In this document: positions 1-8,985 of the stretch, in pieces
Numbering within the stretch: the stretch's first letter is position 1
How the letters are laid out: each line of letters opens with the position of its first letter
NCBI GenBank assembly: GCA_004321885.1
Contig: SCQK01000007.1
Coordinates: forward strand, 150,540 to 214,539
Length of the DNA: 64,000 bases
Source of the DNA: Patescibacteria group bacterium
GTDB taxonomy: Bacteria > Patescibacteriota > Patescibacteriia > Magasanikbacterales > GWA2-37-8
Direction of reading: 5' to 3'
The notes under the pieces: generated by a model
Seen by the model: only the letters and a program-made list of their open reading frames with translations
Databases searched by the model: none
What the model was told of the DNA's origin: nothing
Translations under genes and position numbers: made by a program

Positions 1-1
1 G

Positions 2-166
2 GATTCAAAATCTGAACAGGATAAAATTAAAAAATTAAAAAAGGAAATAAAAGATTTGGAGAAAAAAATGAAAGAAAAAGAAGAGCAGGTTCAGGATTTA
101 ATGATAATTTGGAAGAAAAAACAGCGCGAACAGCCGCAGGAATTTGATAACGCTCCGGCGTATTAA
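2..166 (+). CDS. 3' end of a CDS truncated by the window edge; K/E-rich coiled-coil tail
   Basis: Open frame from window start to TAA at 164-166 (DSKSEQDKIKKLKKEIKDLEKKMKEKEEQVQDL...). Confidence 0.3.
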   Translation, partial: DSKSEQDKIKKLKKEIKDLEKKMKEKEEQVQDLMIIWKKKQREQPQEFDNAPAY

Positions 167-192
167 ATAAAATTTTATTGTATTCATAAAGC

Positions 193-1422
193 TTGTCAAT
201 GAATATGTCCGTCAAAAAAATTTTCCTCATCGTCCTCCTGCTTCTGGTGGCGGTTCTTATCGGTATCGGGCTTTATAAAATGTTTATTGGCGCCAAGCCG
301 GCCGCCAAAATCCCCTATCAACCGCCCGCACCCATTACCCCGGGCGTACTGCCGCCCTCGGGCGCGCGCACTACGACCGGCGCGGGCGTTCCCGCGGGCG
401 CCATTTTGCCTTCGGCCGGTTTTATGGTGCAAACCTCCACCCCGGCCGGATTCTACAAAGCCGAGCCAGTCACCCAAATCAGCGCCGACTACGCGGTTTA
501 TCCTTCACTGAACCAAACCGGCGGCTTCCGTTATTACAACGCGGCCGACGGCAAATTTTACGACATCCGAAACGGCAAAATTACTCCCCTTTCGGACCAG
601 GTCTTTTACAACGCTTCAAACGTCACCTGGGCCAAAAACCGTGACATTGTCGTGATAGAATATCCGGACCAGTCAAAAATCATCTACAATTTTGAAACCG
701 AAAAGCAGGTAACTTTGCCCAAACACTGGAGCGAATTTTCTTTTTCTCCCGAAGGCAAAGAGATCGCGGCCAAAAGCATTGGCCTGGCCCCGGAAAATCG
801 CTGGTTGGTTACCACGCGAGACGACGGCACCGGCACCAAAACCATAGAACCCATGGGAAACAACGCCGACCGCGTGCTGGTGGACTGGTCTCCCAGCCGG
901 CAAGCCGTGGCTTTTTCGCGCACCGGCGAGCCCCTTGGCGCCGAACGCCAGGAAATTTTGCTCGTTGGCCTGAACGGCGAAAATTTCAAATCCTTGGTGG
1001 TTGAGGGCGAAAACTTTTTGCCCAAATGGTCTACCACCGGCAAAAAATTATTATACAGCGTGGACAGTTCGCGCACGGATTTTAATCCCGAACTCTGGAT
1101 AAGCGACGCCTATGGCGACCGCATCGGCGATAACAGACAAACCTTAAAATTAAACACCTGGGCCGACAAGTGCGCTTTCGCGAGCGACGATGCTTTGTAC
1201 TGCGCCGTGCCCAAAGAATTGCCCCAGGGCGCGGGCATGGCGCGCGACATTGCCAACGGCCTGGCCGACGAATTGTACAAAATTGACCTGCGCACCGGTC
1301 TCAAAACAGTCGTGCCCCTGGGCGGCGATTACAATATCACCAATATTTCTTTTGATGCCGCCAAATCCGCGTTGTATTTCACGGATTTAAATAAGAGCGG
1401 GGTGTTTGAAAGCAAATTATGA
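193..1422 (+). CDS. membrane-anchored protein with Pro-rich linker and TolB/PD40-like beta-propeller repeats (hypothetical)
   Basis: N-terminal TM helix, PAxxP linker, repeated YxxxDG / WSP motifs; ATGA overlap with the next gene. Confidence 0.5.
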   Translation: MSMNMSVKKIFLIVLLLLVAVLIGIGLYKMFIGAKPAAKIPYQPPAPITPGVLPPSGARTTTGAGVPAGAILPSAGFMVQTSTPAGFYKAEPVTQISADYAVYPSLNQTGGFRYYNAADGKFYDIRNGKITPLSDQVFYNASNVTWAKNRDIVVIEYPDQSKIIYNFETEKQVTLPKHWSEFSFSPEGKEIAAKSIGLAPENRWLVTTRDDGTGTKTIEPMGNNADRVLVDWSPSRQAVAFSRTGEPLGAERQEILLVGLNGENFKSLVVEGENFLPKWSTTGKKLLYSVDSSRTDFNPELWISDAYGDRIGDNRQTLKLNTWADKCAFASDDALYCAVPKELPQGAGMARDIANGLADELYKIDLRTGLKTVVPLGGDYNITNISFDAAKSALYFTDLNKSGVFESKL

Positions 1423-2072
1423 CCAAAAAATTTTTCTTGGTGCTCGGCTTAATTCTTATTGCGACCGGTCTTTTATTCTACAAGCAAATCCGCCGCGCCC
1501 TCGGCATTACTGTCACGCCCAATGCCCTGCCGCTTATTGAATTTACCAGCGTCAATATTCCAGAAGGCGGTTTCACTCCTGTTTTGGGCAACCCGGGCGC
1601 GGACATCACCGTAGTGGAATTCGCGGACTTTGCCTGCGGCGAGTGTAAAAAAATTCATTACGGTTTAAGCGATTACATCGCAAAAAACCCGCAAAAGGCG
1701 CGCCTGATTTGGCGAGGCGTGCCGGCCGGAAAATGGTACGCGGCCGGAAACACACTATCTCACCAGGCCTCTTATTGCGCCGACAAGCAGGGCAAATTTT
1801 GGCAATTCGCGGCCATGGCCATGTCTGATAAAAATAATCTAACCGAAGCCGGACTGAAAAAAATGGCTGAGGGTTTGAATCTAAATTTGGTTGCCTGGGG
1901 GCGCTGTGCCAACTCCGAAGAAGCCAAACAGGCGGTAACAGCGAACTCCGACATTGCCGCCGGTCTCGGCATCCGCGCGCTGCCGGGCATTTTTATTAAC
2001 AACCGCCGCATCAATCTGGACGCCCAGGCCGACATCGTGGAAATTCTCAAAAAATTCGTGGAAAAAGAATAA
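1419..2072 (+). CDS. DsbA-like thioredoxin-fold thiol-disulfide oxidoreductase
   Basis: N-terminal TM anchor; CGEC (CxxC) active-site motif in FADFACGECKKIH. Confidence 0.6.
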   Translation: MTKKFFLVLGLILIATGLLFYKQIRRALGITVTPNALPLIEFTSVNIPEGGFTPVLGNPGADITVVEFADFACGECKKIHYGLSDYIAKNPQKARLIWRGVPAGKWYAAGNTLSHQASYCADKQGKFWQFAAMAMSDKNNLTEAGLKKMAEGLNLNLVAWGRCANSEEAKQAVTANSDIAAGLGIRALPGIFINNRRINLDAQADIVEILKKFVEKE

Positions 2073-2077
2073 AATTG

Positions 2078-2185
2078 CTGGGGCTCCATAGTCCGAAGTC
2101 TCGCCGCTGGCTCCATACTGTGTGTGGAGCCACAATGCACCCTGGCTCCATAGTCCCCGACTCAATCGGGGCTGTGGAGCCAGCC
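2078..2185. repeat. cluster of GGCTCCAYAG...CTRTGGAGCC hairpin repeats (intergenic copy)
   Basis: ggctccatagtcc...tggagcc arms repeated 3x; the same family sits inside the folC-like gene at 17929-18016. Confidence 0.7.
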
Positions 2186-2192
2186 ATCAATT

Positions 2193-3692
2193 ATGTCCCG
2201 TAAAATTTTTCTCACAATCTTTCTCGCCGCGCTTTTGTTTTCTTTTGCCAGCGCTGATTTCACGCTGGCGGCGGATTATTGCCGCGTAAAATTAGATGTG
2301 ACTGCTGTCAGTAAAACCACTCTTGCTTGCTACGACATTAGCGCTTTATCAAATTATCCAAAGTTCAAAGGAAAAGAGGCGGGAGATATCTGCAATGAAT
2401 TTTACGGCGACTTGGAAAACCAGGAACCGACCGTTAAAAACTATACAGCCCATGAATGTGTTTCGGCAGAGTCTTTGGAAGAGTGCAAAAAAGGAAATGA
2501 AGCGCCGGCCTGCCCCAAAACAAAACTGGAAGTAATCACAAAATTAACAGCTGAACTAAGACCGCCGGCCACGGCTATCCGCATTCCCGGGCTTTCTTTC
2601 AGCGAGATAAACAAAAATATTACCGAAGACGCGGCGGGAAATAAATATCTCAACATCCCCTGGATAGGTGAAATGCTTACAGCCGTGTACAAATTCGCCA
2701 TCACCATTGTCAGCATCGTGGCCGTGATAATGATTATCATTCAGGGCGCGCGGGTGGTGACATCCGGCGGAGGCGAAGCCAAAATGGACGCGTACAAAAA
2801 AATCATTCAGGCCATCATCGGCCTGGCCATCGCCTGGGGTTCTTACGCGATTTTATATAACATCAATCCGGATTTGGTGACCTTCAAGGCGTTGAAGGTG
2901 AGATATATCCAACCCATACCAATGCCAGAATTCGCGGATGATTTACAAACCACAAAAAATGATACAACCAGTGATTCAAGCGGGTATTCTTCTGTGTTTG
3001 CAAATTGTCCAATAACTCTATCAGCTCCATTTTCGCCAAGTGGAAACCCCGCAAACGAAGCGCGAACAAAAGAATTTTATGACAAAATAAATTCGGTTAT
3101 TAAGGGTACTACTTTAAGCGACAAAATATTACAAATCGCCGAAGCCGCTTCAAAATGTCAGATTCATTTTGGCTCATGCGGAAGAACAATAGGAACTGTT
3201 TATACACTGGCTGGTATTACTACAAAAAGTTACGGCAGTGATTGCTTAACAAAACCAAAAGGATGCTGGACGCATGAACAGTCAAAACAACTTAACACCA
3301 TATCAAGTAGCTTGATAAAATCATTTCCAAACTACCGTTGCGGACGAGATTGTAAAGGAAACAAAGACAGCCCGAGCGGCTGTGCTAATTCGGACAAGGA
3401 AGCGAGAAAAAAAATGTTGAGCACTCTGCTATCTGACTCCAACTTGACCAGTAAAGGGTGGCCGGATACTTGGGCTAATGATTTAAAACCTGGAGATACA
3501 TTCTGGGTTTACAATGGGAATACGAGTTGTTCCGGATTGCATACCGCGTTATTTTTAGGGTGGGCGTCAGATGGCGTCGCAAAAGTTATCCAAGGAGCAG
3601 CTGGCAAAGCGGTTGGTATGGGGTCCATTTGCATCAAAAAAAGTTGTGGGGAAAGAATGAATCCTTTAATAAAAACTTTTCGGCCACAATGA
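2193..3692 (+). CDS. secreted Cys-rich protein with a central VirB2/TrbC-pilin-like double-TM segment and a C-terminal papain/NlpC-P60-like Cys-His region (hypothetical)
   Basis: Signal peptide; two TM helices split by a short loop (TAVYKFAITIVSIVAVIMIIIQG...IIGLAIAWGSYAIL); C-terminal TSCSGLH motif. Confidence 0.45.
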   Translation: MSRKIFLTIFLAALLFSFASADFTLAADYCRVKLDVTAVSKTTLACYDISALSNYPKFKGKEAGDICNEFYGDLENQEPTVKNYTAHECVSAESLEECKKGNEAPACPKTKLEVITKLTAELRPPATAIRIPGLSFSEINKNITEDAAGNKYLNIPWIGEMLTAVYKFAITIVSIVAVIMIIIQGARVVTSGGGEAKMDAYKKIIQAIIGLAIAWGSYAILYNINPDLVTFKALKVRYIQPIPMPEFADDLQTTKNDTTSDSSGYSSVFANCPITLSAPFSPSGNPANEARTKEFYDKINSVIKGTTLSDKILQIAEAASKCQIHFGSCGRTIGTVYTLAGITTKSYGSDCLTKPKGCWTHEQSKQLNTISSSLIKSFPNYRCGRDCKGNKDSPSGCANSDKEARKKMLSTLLSDSNLTSKGWPDTWANDLKPGDTFWVYNGNTSCSGLHTALFLGWASDGVAKVIQGAAGKAVGMGSICIKKSCGERMNPLIKTFRPQ

Positions 3693-3787
3693 AAAATCCA
3701 ACTTCAACATTTTTTTGTTCCAACTGCGGCGCCCAGTTCATGAAGTGGACCGGACGGCCCACCCACTTGAACTCGCAATATTTATGA
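3689..3787 (+). pseudogene. truncated, diverged duplicate of the radA 5' zinc-finger segment (32-aa ORF, ATGA overlap with radA)
   Basis: MKNPTSTFFCSNCGAQFMKWTGR... parallels the radA N-terminus FICSNCDAQFTKWVGKCLECGKWGT; ends TGA overlapping the radA ATG at 3784. Confidence 0.35.
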
Positions 3788-5220
3788 AAGATGGCTTTAA
3801 AACAATTTTTATCTGCTCAAATTGCGACGCGCAATTTACCAAGTGGGTGGGTAAATGTTTGGAATGCGGGAAGTGGGGAACAATTGAAAAATCCCAATTT
3901 CCAATTTCCAATTTCCAATCAAATTCCAAACTCCAAAATCCAAACACCCAAAATTATCCACCAGTAACGACGAAAAGACTTTCAGAGATAGACAGCGCGG
4001 AAGCCAAAAGGATAAAAACAAACATTGATGAATTAGACAGAGTGCTTGGAGGGGGGCTCGTGCCGGGCTCCCTTGTTTTATTGGGCGGCGAGCCGGGCAT
4101 CGGCAAATCCACTTTGGCAGCGCAATTGGCGGCCGCGATTCCCAACACCTTATATATTTCCGGCGAAGAATCCGCCGAACAGATTAAATTGCGCTTTGAG
4201 CGATTGGGGATTCCGGGTCAAGCCCGGAATGACAATAATGAGACCTTGCGCTTCGCGAACGCGACGAGCGTGGAGAGTGTGATAGCGGCCATGGATTCCC
4301 CCGTACTTAGTCGGGGGAATGACAGTAAAAACGAGACGGTCGGAATGACAAAACCACAACTCGTTATTGTTGACTCAATTCAGACAACGAGATCAGACGA
4401 AGTAGAGGGCGAGGCCGGAAGTATAAACCAAGTGCGGGCCTGCGCGGTTAAACTCATGGAAGCGGCAAAATCCACGGGCGTACCGATTGTTTTAATCGGC
4501 CAAGTGACCAAAGACGGCGCCGTGGCCGGCCCCAAAACCCTGGAACATCTGGTGGACACTGTGCTCTATCTGGAAGGCGACCGCTTTCACCAATTCAGAA
4601 TCTTGCGCGCCGCCAAAAATCGCTTTGGCTCAACCGATGAAGTCGGAATTTTTTCCATGGAAGAAAACGGCCTGCGAGAAGTGAAAAATCCATCGGCCGC
4701 GTTTTTGTCCGGACGCGAAGAAAATGTGCCCGGCTCTTGCGTTACCTGCCTGATGGAAGGCACCCGTCCCCTGCTGATTGAAGTGCAGGCGCTCGTAACA
4801 AAAACTAACTTCGGCTATCCCCAGCGCCGGGCCTCGGGCTTTGACCTAAACCGCTTGCAAGTGCTTATCGGCGTGCTGACCAAACGCGCCGGACTGCCGC
4901 TGGACACTTATGATGTATTTTTGAATGTCGTGGGCGGGATAAGCGCCGAGGAACCGGCCGTGGACTTGGCCGTGGTGCTCTCCATCGCTTCGGCCACGAA
5001 AAACAAACAACTGCCCAAGGGGCTGGCCGCTTTTGGCGAAGTGGGTTTGGGCGGCGAAGTGCGCGCCGTCAGCCAAGCCAAAAAACGTCTGGATGAAATC
5101 AAAAAAATGGGATTTGAATTCGCCGTGGTGCCGGCTTCTTCCGAAGAATACAAAGCGGGCGGCATCAAAATCGCGCCGGTAAAAAATGTGAAAGAATTAG
5201 TAGAAAGGATTGTCTTGTGA
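3784..5220 (+). CDS. radA: DNA repair protein RadA (Sms)
   Basis: C4 zinc finger, Walker A GGEPGIGKST, Lon-like C-terminal domain; carries three in-frame repeat insertions. Confidence 0.85.
   Translation: MKDGFKTIFICSNCDAQFTKWVGKCLECGKWGTIEKSQFPISNFQSNSKLQNPNTQNYPPVTTKRLSEIDSAEAKRIKTNIDELDRVLGGGLVPGSLVLLGGEPGIGKSTLAAQLAAAIPNTLYISGEESAEQIKLRFERLGIPGQARNDNNETLRFANATSVESVIAAMDSPVLSRGNDSKNETVGMTKPQLVIVDSIQTTRSDEVEGEAGSINQVRACAVKLMEAAKSTGVPIVLIGQVTKDGAVAGPKTLEHLVDTVLYLEGDRFHQFRILRAAKNRFGSTDEVGIFSMEENGLREVKNPSAAFLSGREENVPGSCVTCLMEGTRPLLIEVQALVTKTNFGYPQRRASGFDLNRLQVLIGVLTKRAGLPLDTYDVFLNVVGGISAEEPAVDLAVVLSIASATKNKQLPKGLAAFGEVGLGGEVRAVSQAKKRLDEIKKMGFEFAVVPASSEEYKAGGIKIAPVKNVKELVERIVL
3888..3922 (+). 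repeat. AATTTCC heptamer tandem repeat (x3-4) inside radA, translated as SQFPISNFQ
   Basis: aaaatcccaatttccaatttccaatttccaatc; same element in recG (x2) and the FemAB-like gene, always in the same coding frame. Confidence 0.8.
4208..4234. repeat. GGATTCC-(CGGGTCAAGCCCG)-GGAATGACA palindromic element inside radA
   Basis: ggattccgggtcaagcccggaatgaca; near-identical copy at 11819-11845. Confidence 0.75.
4293..4324. repeat. GGATTCC-CCCGTACTTAGTCGGGG-GAATGACA palindromic element inside radA (translated DSPVLSRGNDS)
   Basis: Copies at 11250-11280, 53496-53538 and 55068-55098 (opposite orientation). Confidence 0.8.
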
Positions 5221-5221
5221 C

Positions 5222-5292
5222 TGTCATTGCGAGGCCTGAAAGGCCGAAGCAATCCCTTGCAATGTGGGATGGGATTGCTTCGCTTCGCTTGC
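5222..5292. terminator. long imperfect palindrome (GTCATTGC...GCAATGAC arms) between convergent radA and recG; likely bidirectional terminator and repeat-family member
   Basis: gtcattgcgaggcctgaaaggccgaagcaatccc...gggattgcttcgcttcgcttgcaatgac. Confidence 0.5.
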
Positions 5293-5299
5293 AATGACA

Positions 5300-7474
5300 T
5301 TACTCCAAATGCACTGCATTCTCCCACTCTTTAATCTTCGCCGTTAAGGTCGGAAATTTCCCCAATCTCGGCGCCACTTGCCGCGCCGCCTCGCGCGCTT
5401 TTTTTATTATCTCTTTATCCGTCAGCTTGGCCAAACGCAAATTCATAAACCCGCTCTGGGCCGTGCCATAGACCTCGCCGGGCCCGCGCATTTCCAAATC
5501 CTTTTCCGCCAGCTTGAACCCGTCGTTATTTTTTTCAAAAAATCGCAGGCGCTCCAGGGCGCGCGGCGACTCCTGCTCCACGAACAAAAAACAATATGAC
5601 TGATGAACCGAACGCCCCACCCGGCCGCGAAATTGGTGTAACTGGGCCAATCCAAACCTCTCGGCCCCCTCTATCATCATCACGCTGGTGTTTGGAATAT
5701 CCACACCCACCTCCACCACAGACGTGGAAACCAAAATATCCAACTCGCGCTTCCTGAATTTTTCCATTGTCCCGTCTTTTTCTTTTGGTTTGAGGCGTCC
5801 ATGCAAATATCCCACCCGCAAATCCGGAAATATATTTTTTGAAAGTTTTTCAAATTCTGAAAGCACCGATTTCTTGTCGTCTTTTGGAAATTGGAAATTG
5901 GAAATTGGAAATTCTTCGTTGTTTGCCCCAATTAAAGGGCAAACAACGAAGCACTGCCTGCCTTTTTTTACTTGTTCGCGGATAAAAGTGTACGCCTTGA
6001 CGCGATTTACCGGCTCCACCAGCCGCGTCAAAATTTTCTTGCGGCCCGGCGGCAATTCGTTGATAATGGAAACATCCAGGTCGCCGTAAACCATGAGGGC
6101 CAGAGAGCGCGGTATCGGCGTGGCGGTCATGCTCAAAAAATGCGCGCCGCCTCCCTTTTCTTTTATCGTCTTTCTCTGCCCCACCCCGAAACGATGCTGT
6201 TCATCCACAATCACCAAACCCAATCTTTCAAACTCCACTCCTTCTGTCAGTAAAGCATGTGTGCCAATAATAATTTGAATATTATTACTCTTGATCTTTT
6301 CCAAAAAATCTTTTTTATTAAATTTTGAAAATTGGTCATTGGTCATTGATTGGAAATTGGAAATTGGAAATTGGGATTTTGAACCAGTCAATAAGCCCAC
6401 TTTAACTTTATGCCCAAGAAGATTAACGATTGAATTATAATGTTGCACCGCAAGTATCTCGGTGGGCGCCATCAGCACGGCTTGGTAGCCATTCAAAGCC
6501 GCGTTGTACATGGCCATAGCCGCCACCACGGTCTTGCCCGAACCGACATCGCCCGACAGCAGGCGATTCATCGGCGTGGTTTTTTGCAAGTCCTGTAAAA
6601 TTTCCCAGGCCGAAATTTTTTGCGTTTTGGTTAGTGTAAAAGGCAAACTCGCCACAAATTCCTTGATGGCGTTTTCGTTAAAAGCGAGGGACGGGGCTTT
6701 GGCGTCGGCTTTTTCCAGCCGCGACAGTTCGGCTTTAAGCTGAATCAAAAATAACTCATCAAATTTCAGACGCTCGGTGCTTTTGGCCAAATCAATTTCA
6801 TCTTTGGGAAAGTGAATACCCTGCAAAGCCGATGATAAAGGCGCTAAATCATACTTGTCTAAAATTTCATCAGGCAGCCATTCTTGCATTGCGGCCGATA
6901 ATACAATCACCTGGCTAACCAAAAAACGAATCTGTTTTTGGGTCAGCCCGGCCGTAAGCGGATACATCGGCACCAGTCGCGCCGTGTGGGTCGTATACAA
7001 ACCCTCCCCTTTCAGAGCCTGCCCTGAACTTGTTTCAGGGGGAGGGACAGAGGGTGGGGTATTCACTCGCTCATACACCGGCCCAATCATCTGCGCCCCC
7101 AACATATCGGTCCGCGCCTTGCCCGACAAAAAAACCTCGTCCCCGGGCCTAAGCGTCTTGCCAATAAACGGCTGATTAAACCAGACCACGCGCAAACTAC
7201 CGCTCGCGTCCGAAACCAGCGCTTCGGTGATGTTTTTTCTCTGACGCGGACTGCGCTTGTTGGCGATGAGCTCAACTTTGGCGCGCACTGTCACCGCCTC
7301 CCCGTGTTTCAGGTCGGCGATTTTTACCACGCTCCGAAAATCCTCGTAACGGAAAGGAAAATAAAAAAGAAGGTCGGCCGCCGTGGCCACACCCAAACGC
7401 TCCAGCCGCTTGGCCGTGGTCTTGCCCACTCGGGAAAGTTGTGAGATTGGGGTGTTTAAGTTCATAATCAGCAT
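5300..7474 (-). CDS. recG: ATP-dependent DNA helicase RecG
   Basis: Wedge domain, GSGKT, DEQHRFGV motifs; two in-frame heptamer-repeat insertions (FPISNFQ). Confidence 0.85.
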   Translation of the reverse strand: MLIMNLNTPISQLSRVGKTTAKRLERLGVATAADLLFYFPFRYEDFRSVVKIADLKHGEAVTVRAKVELIANKRSPRQRKNITEALVSDASGSLRVVWFNQPFIGKTLRPGDEVFLSGKARTDMLGAQMIGPVYERVNTPPSVPPPETSSGQALKGEGLYTTHTARLVPMYPLTAGLTQKQIRFLVSQVIVLSAAMQEWLPDEILDKYDLAPLSSALQGIHFPKDEIDLAKSTERLKFDELFLIQLKAELSRLEKADAKAPSLAFNENAIKEFVASLPFTLTKTQKISAWEILQDLQKTTPMNRLLSGDVGSGKTVVAAMAMYNAALNGYQAVLMAPTEILAVQHYNSIVNLLGHKVKVGLLTGSKSQFPISNFQSMTNDQFSKFNKKDFLEKIKSNNIQIIIGTHALLTEGVEFERLGLVIVDEQHRFGVGQRKTIKEKGGGAHFLSMTATPIPRSLALMVYGDLDVSIINELPPGRKKILTRLVEPVNRVKAYTFIREQVKKGRQCFVVCPLIGANNEEFPISNFQFPKDDKKSVLSEFEKLSKNIFPDLRVGYLHGRLKPKEKDGTMEKFRKRELDILVSTSVVEVGVDIPNTSVMMIEGAERFGLAQLHQFRGRVGRSVHQSYCFLFVEQESPRALERLRFFEKNNDGFKLAEKDLEMRGPGEVYGTAQSGFMNLRLAKLTDKEIIKKAREAARQVAPRLGKFPTLTAKIKEWENAVHLE
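5886..5914. repeat. GGAAATT heptamer x4 (in recG)
   Basis: ggaaattggaaattggaaattggaaattc. Confidence 0.8.
6331..6375. repeat. ATTGGTC x2 plus GGAAATT x3 heptamer repeats (in recG)
   Basis: attggtcattggtcattgattggaaattggaaattggaaattggg. Confidence 0.8.
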
Positions 7475-7518
7475 TATACCAAAACCGGCCGCCTTTGGCG
7501 ACCGGTCTTCATTGATTA

Positions 7519-8922
7519 TTATTCATTGTCCTCTGCTATTCCTTTTCTTGCTCTCTCTCGTTCTTCTCTGGCGGCTTTTGACGAAAATGGTTTATGTGTA
7601 ACTATATCTATCCCTCCTGCTCCTTTTGCAACATGACTTTCAATTTTTTTGTATGGCTTGGGTGTTTTTGGTTTATCAATCACAGGCGCCGCATATTGCT
7701 CCATCACAAACGGTTTCTTTTCCGGCGGTATAAATACTTGCGCCCGCGGACGCTTATTCCTGAATATTGTTTTTGTTTTGTCTACTACTACATCTGTTTC
7801 ATCTACTACTACATCCTTTTCACTTATCGCTTCTTCTTCGCCCGCCTGAAATTCGGCTATCTCGTGCGCCGCACGCTTTTTCGCCTGATAATTCGCCGCT
7901 TCCTGCGCCCCGACAGCGCTCATCGCCAATCCGGCCGCGGCCACGCCAGTAGCCAGCTTGCCTATTTTTCTTCCAACTTTTTTACCCAGGTCCGGTACTG
8001 TCTTATCCGGCGCCACCTCCCGAGCTCGCTCCGTCTGTGGAATATCCTCTATCCTCTTCTCTGTCTTTTGTGCAGACAATAACTCTTCTTGTATCTGTAG
8101 TTCCAGATTAACTATGTCAGCCTTAAGTTGGGCTTTTTGTGCGCGCTTTTCTTTGCTGAATATGGAAAACACGCCAAACCTCGCCAGCTCCGCTTTCTTG
8201 GCCGCGATTTGCGCCGACAATTTATCCATCACGTCGCCCTGTTTAAACCATTTCTTGTCCTCATACGAAAAATCATCTTCCAACAAATTTTCATCAATAC
8301 TCGTCGGCGCGCCATTAGCCTCTTGGTGGACAGCCGCCCACTCCTCCATATCTTTCGCTTTCACGAATGTTTCTTTCGGCTTTTTGTATATCGCCTTGCC
8401 AACTGTTTTCAGCTCTTTTGTTCCTGCCCTATATTCCGCTATTTTATCCTTAAATTCATCCAATTTTTTCCCTAATTCATCCACTTCCTTCTTGGTTGCT
8501 ACAACATCAAAAAATTTTTCCAAAATTTTAACATCTAAATCAAACTCTTTCTTTTCTTCTTTTGACAAACCGCTTTTTGCTTCAACAAATTCATTTCTTG
8601 CTCTATCTAATTCTCGCTTTCTATGTGTTTCTTCCAAGACACCTCTTCCAATCAGTTCCTCAACTTCTTCATCTTCGCTAACAATATCTGTGTCCTTTAT
8701 TCCTTTTTCCCTGGCCCATGGGACGCGTTGTTCTTGAGTAGACGGCGGTAACTCTCTACTTTCTTGAACTTCAAACATATCCCCTTCGTCTAATTCAATG
8801 TCGTTATCTTCGGTTGGAACGGGTGGCATTTTCGCTCGTTTTTTATCCGCTATCAAACGCCCTAATTCTTCGGAGCTTAATCTGCGGGCTAAGCCGCCTT
8901 CGCCTCTTCTTGGCATATACAA
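7519..8922 (-). CDS. K/E-rich coiled-coil protein with one TM segment (hypothetical)
   Basis: Long ORF with coherent composition; the overlapping + strand ORFs are Ser/Leu-rich mirror artefacts. Confidence 0.4.
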   Translation of the reverse strand: MYMPRRGEGGLARRLSSEELGRLIADKKRAKMPPVPTEDNDIELDEGDMFEVQESRELPPSTQEQRVPWAREKGIKDTDIVSEDEEVEELIGRGVLEETHRKRELDRARNEFVEAKSGLSKEEKKEFDLDVKILEKFFDVVATKKEVDELGKKLDEFKDKIAEYRAGTKELKTVGKAIYKKPKETFVKAKDMEEWAAVHQEANGAPTSIDENLLEDDFSYEDKKWFKQGDVMDKLSAQIAAKKAELARFGVFSIFSKEKRAQKAQLKADIVNLELQIQEELLSAQKTEKRIEDIPQTERAREVAPDKTVPDLGKKVGRKIGKLATGVAAAGLAMSAVGAQEAANYQAKKRAAHEIAEFQAGEEEAISEKDVVVDETDVVVDKTKTIFRNKRPRAQVFIPPEKKPFVMEQYAAPVIDKPKTPKPYKKIESHVAKGAGGIDIVTHKPFSSKAAREERERARKGIAEDNE

Positions 8923-8985
8923 AATGGTTAATTGTTTTTAATGTCTGCTCTCTTTTTAATATTATACACCAAATCCAAACGTCAA

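Noticed and set aside
3888-6375. Possible CRISPR array (short direct repeats)
   Set aside because: Units are 7 nt with no spacers and lie inside coding sequence; no cas genes; not CRISPR.
7958-8737. 259-aa Ser-rich + strand ORF and neighbours 7594-8082, 8128-8475
   Set aside because: Low-complexity frames antisense to the K/E-rich minus-strand ORF; no start context.
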